A stretch of 64,000 nt of DNA from Octopus sinensis. Taxonomy: Eukaryota. The stretch lies in NCBI RefSeq assembly GCF_006345805.1, contig NC_043002.1, positions 79,050,001 to 79,114,000 on the forward strand, written 5' to 3'. A program made the position numbers and the translations under genes. Positions 63,070 through 64,000 of this stretch are shown one piece after another. Within the stretch, counting starts at the first letter, position 1; each line of letters starts with the position of its first letter. The notes below the pieces were generated by a model that made no database searches, had not been told where the DNA came from, and was given only the letters and a program-made list of their open reading frames with translations.

Positions 63070-63400
63070 TGGTCCTTGTAATCCATCCTTCTTGAAGGAG
63101 AAGATTTGTTAGGCAAGATCTTCAGGGTAGAAATCCATGCTGCGAGTCGGATATTTTTTAGTACCATATAGAGATAATTGTATAATGCTTTGGTTGGAAA
63201 TAGCTGTGGGAATGACATGATCATTGTGAATAAAAACAAAGTCGAGTATGCTATTTTCCCCTAATTGGACAGGTAATAATTTGTTGTATGGGAAATTCTT
63301 TTGTTGTATCGAGGAAAGGGTTCATATCAACTTCAAAGAACTTGAGAGAGATGACAGACTGAGAGAAAACAAGAACCTTCACACATTTTCAGCATTGCAA
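63070..63400 (-). mobile_element. Possible LINE APE-domain remnant
   Basis: Minus frame GENSILDFVFIHN resembles the end of an APE domain; heavily decayed. Confidence 0.35.
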
Positions 63401-64000
63401 GATTTTGAAGTTATTTTTGTCAGAACAGAGCTGTCTTCAAGAATCCAAGTAATGCTATGTATTGAAGAGTAGCCGTAGATGCTGGTCATATTGTTGTTCT
63501 TGCTGTTTGCTGCCACTGTTGTTGTTGTCACATACTTTTTATTTTGACGCTACTTTGCTTCAGAAGTTGGTTAGTCATAAATTCCCTTGGGGATTTTAAG
63601 CCCAGCTTCATCACTTTTATTTATTTATTTTCGTTCTTTGTTTTTGCTTCTTATACAGATAATTTTTTAGACACTATTTTCTGAAACTGGTAAAATTATG
63701 TAGGGTGTGCAAATTTTGATCTTGCACCACCTGAAAATTCCAAAGGGTGCAGGTGCACCCACTGCACCCCCTGTTCCCGGGCCCTTGCCAACATCCCAAC
63801 ACCTCGGCCATCAGGAATTTTCCTTCCAGATCATGTCTTATCCACATGTGTTAACTTGCAAAATTCAACAGAAACATTGACGTCATCAGTTACAAGGGTC
63901 TAGAAGAACCGACAAAAGCCACAGGATCTGCCCTTTCCTCCAAACCACACAAATAAAATTATGATATGTCTTTAACAGCTATAAAAACAAAGCGCTTTCA

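Overview
AT-rich, repeat-saturated eukaryotic window with no recognisable host protein-coding exon. The repeat content (tRNA-derived SINEs with CORE-like and Meta-like domains, very long (TA)n/(TACA)n/(GATA)n tracts, RTE and CR1 LINEs) suggests an intergenic or intronic region of an octopus-like cephalopod genome; this is inference, not a database match. Most ORFs in the supplied track are microsatellite read-through. The real coding remnants are all decayed mobile elements: RTE, CR1, R4/Dong and Hero-like non-LTR elements, a Gypsy-like gag, mariner and maT transposases, and a Penelope GIY-YIG tail. The most notable observations are: (1) a U6 snRNA copy fused at its oligo-U end to a LINE/SINE 3' tail with poly(A); (2) several short Penelope-type repeats carrying minimal hammerhead ribozymes with covarying stems, one copy starting almost at the predicted cleavage site; (3) an 8-unit head-to-tail SINE array with homologous linkers; (4) a ~35-copy 52-bp satellite rich in STAT/ETS/kB-like motifs; (5) several local templated duplications and foldback elements. 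A 100-N gap lies at 12263-12362. Coordinates and counts were read by eye; edges of degenerate repeats are approximate.
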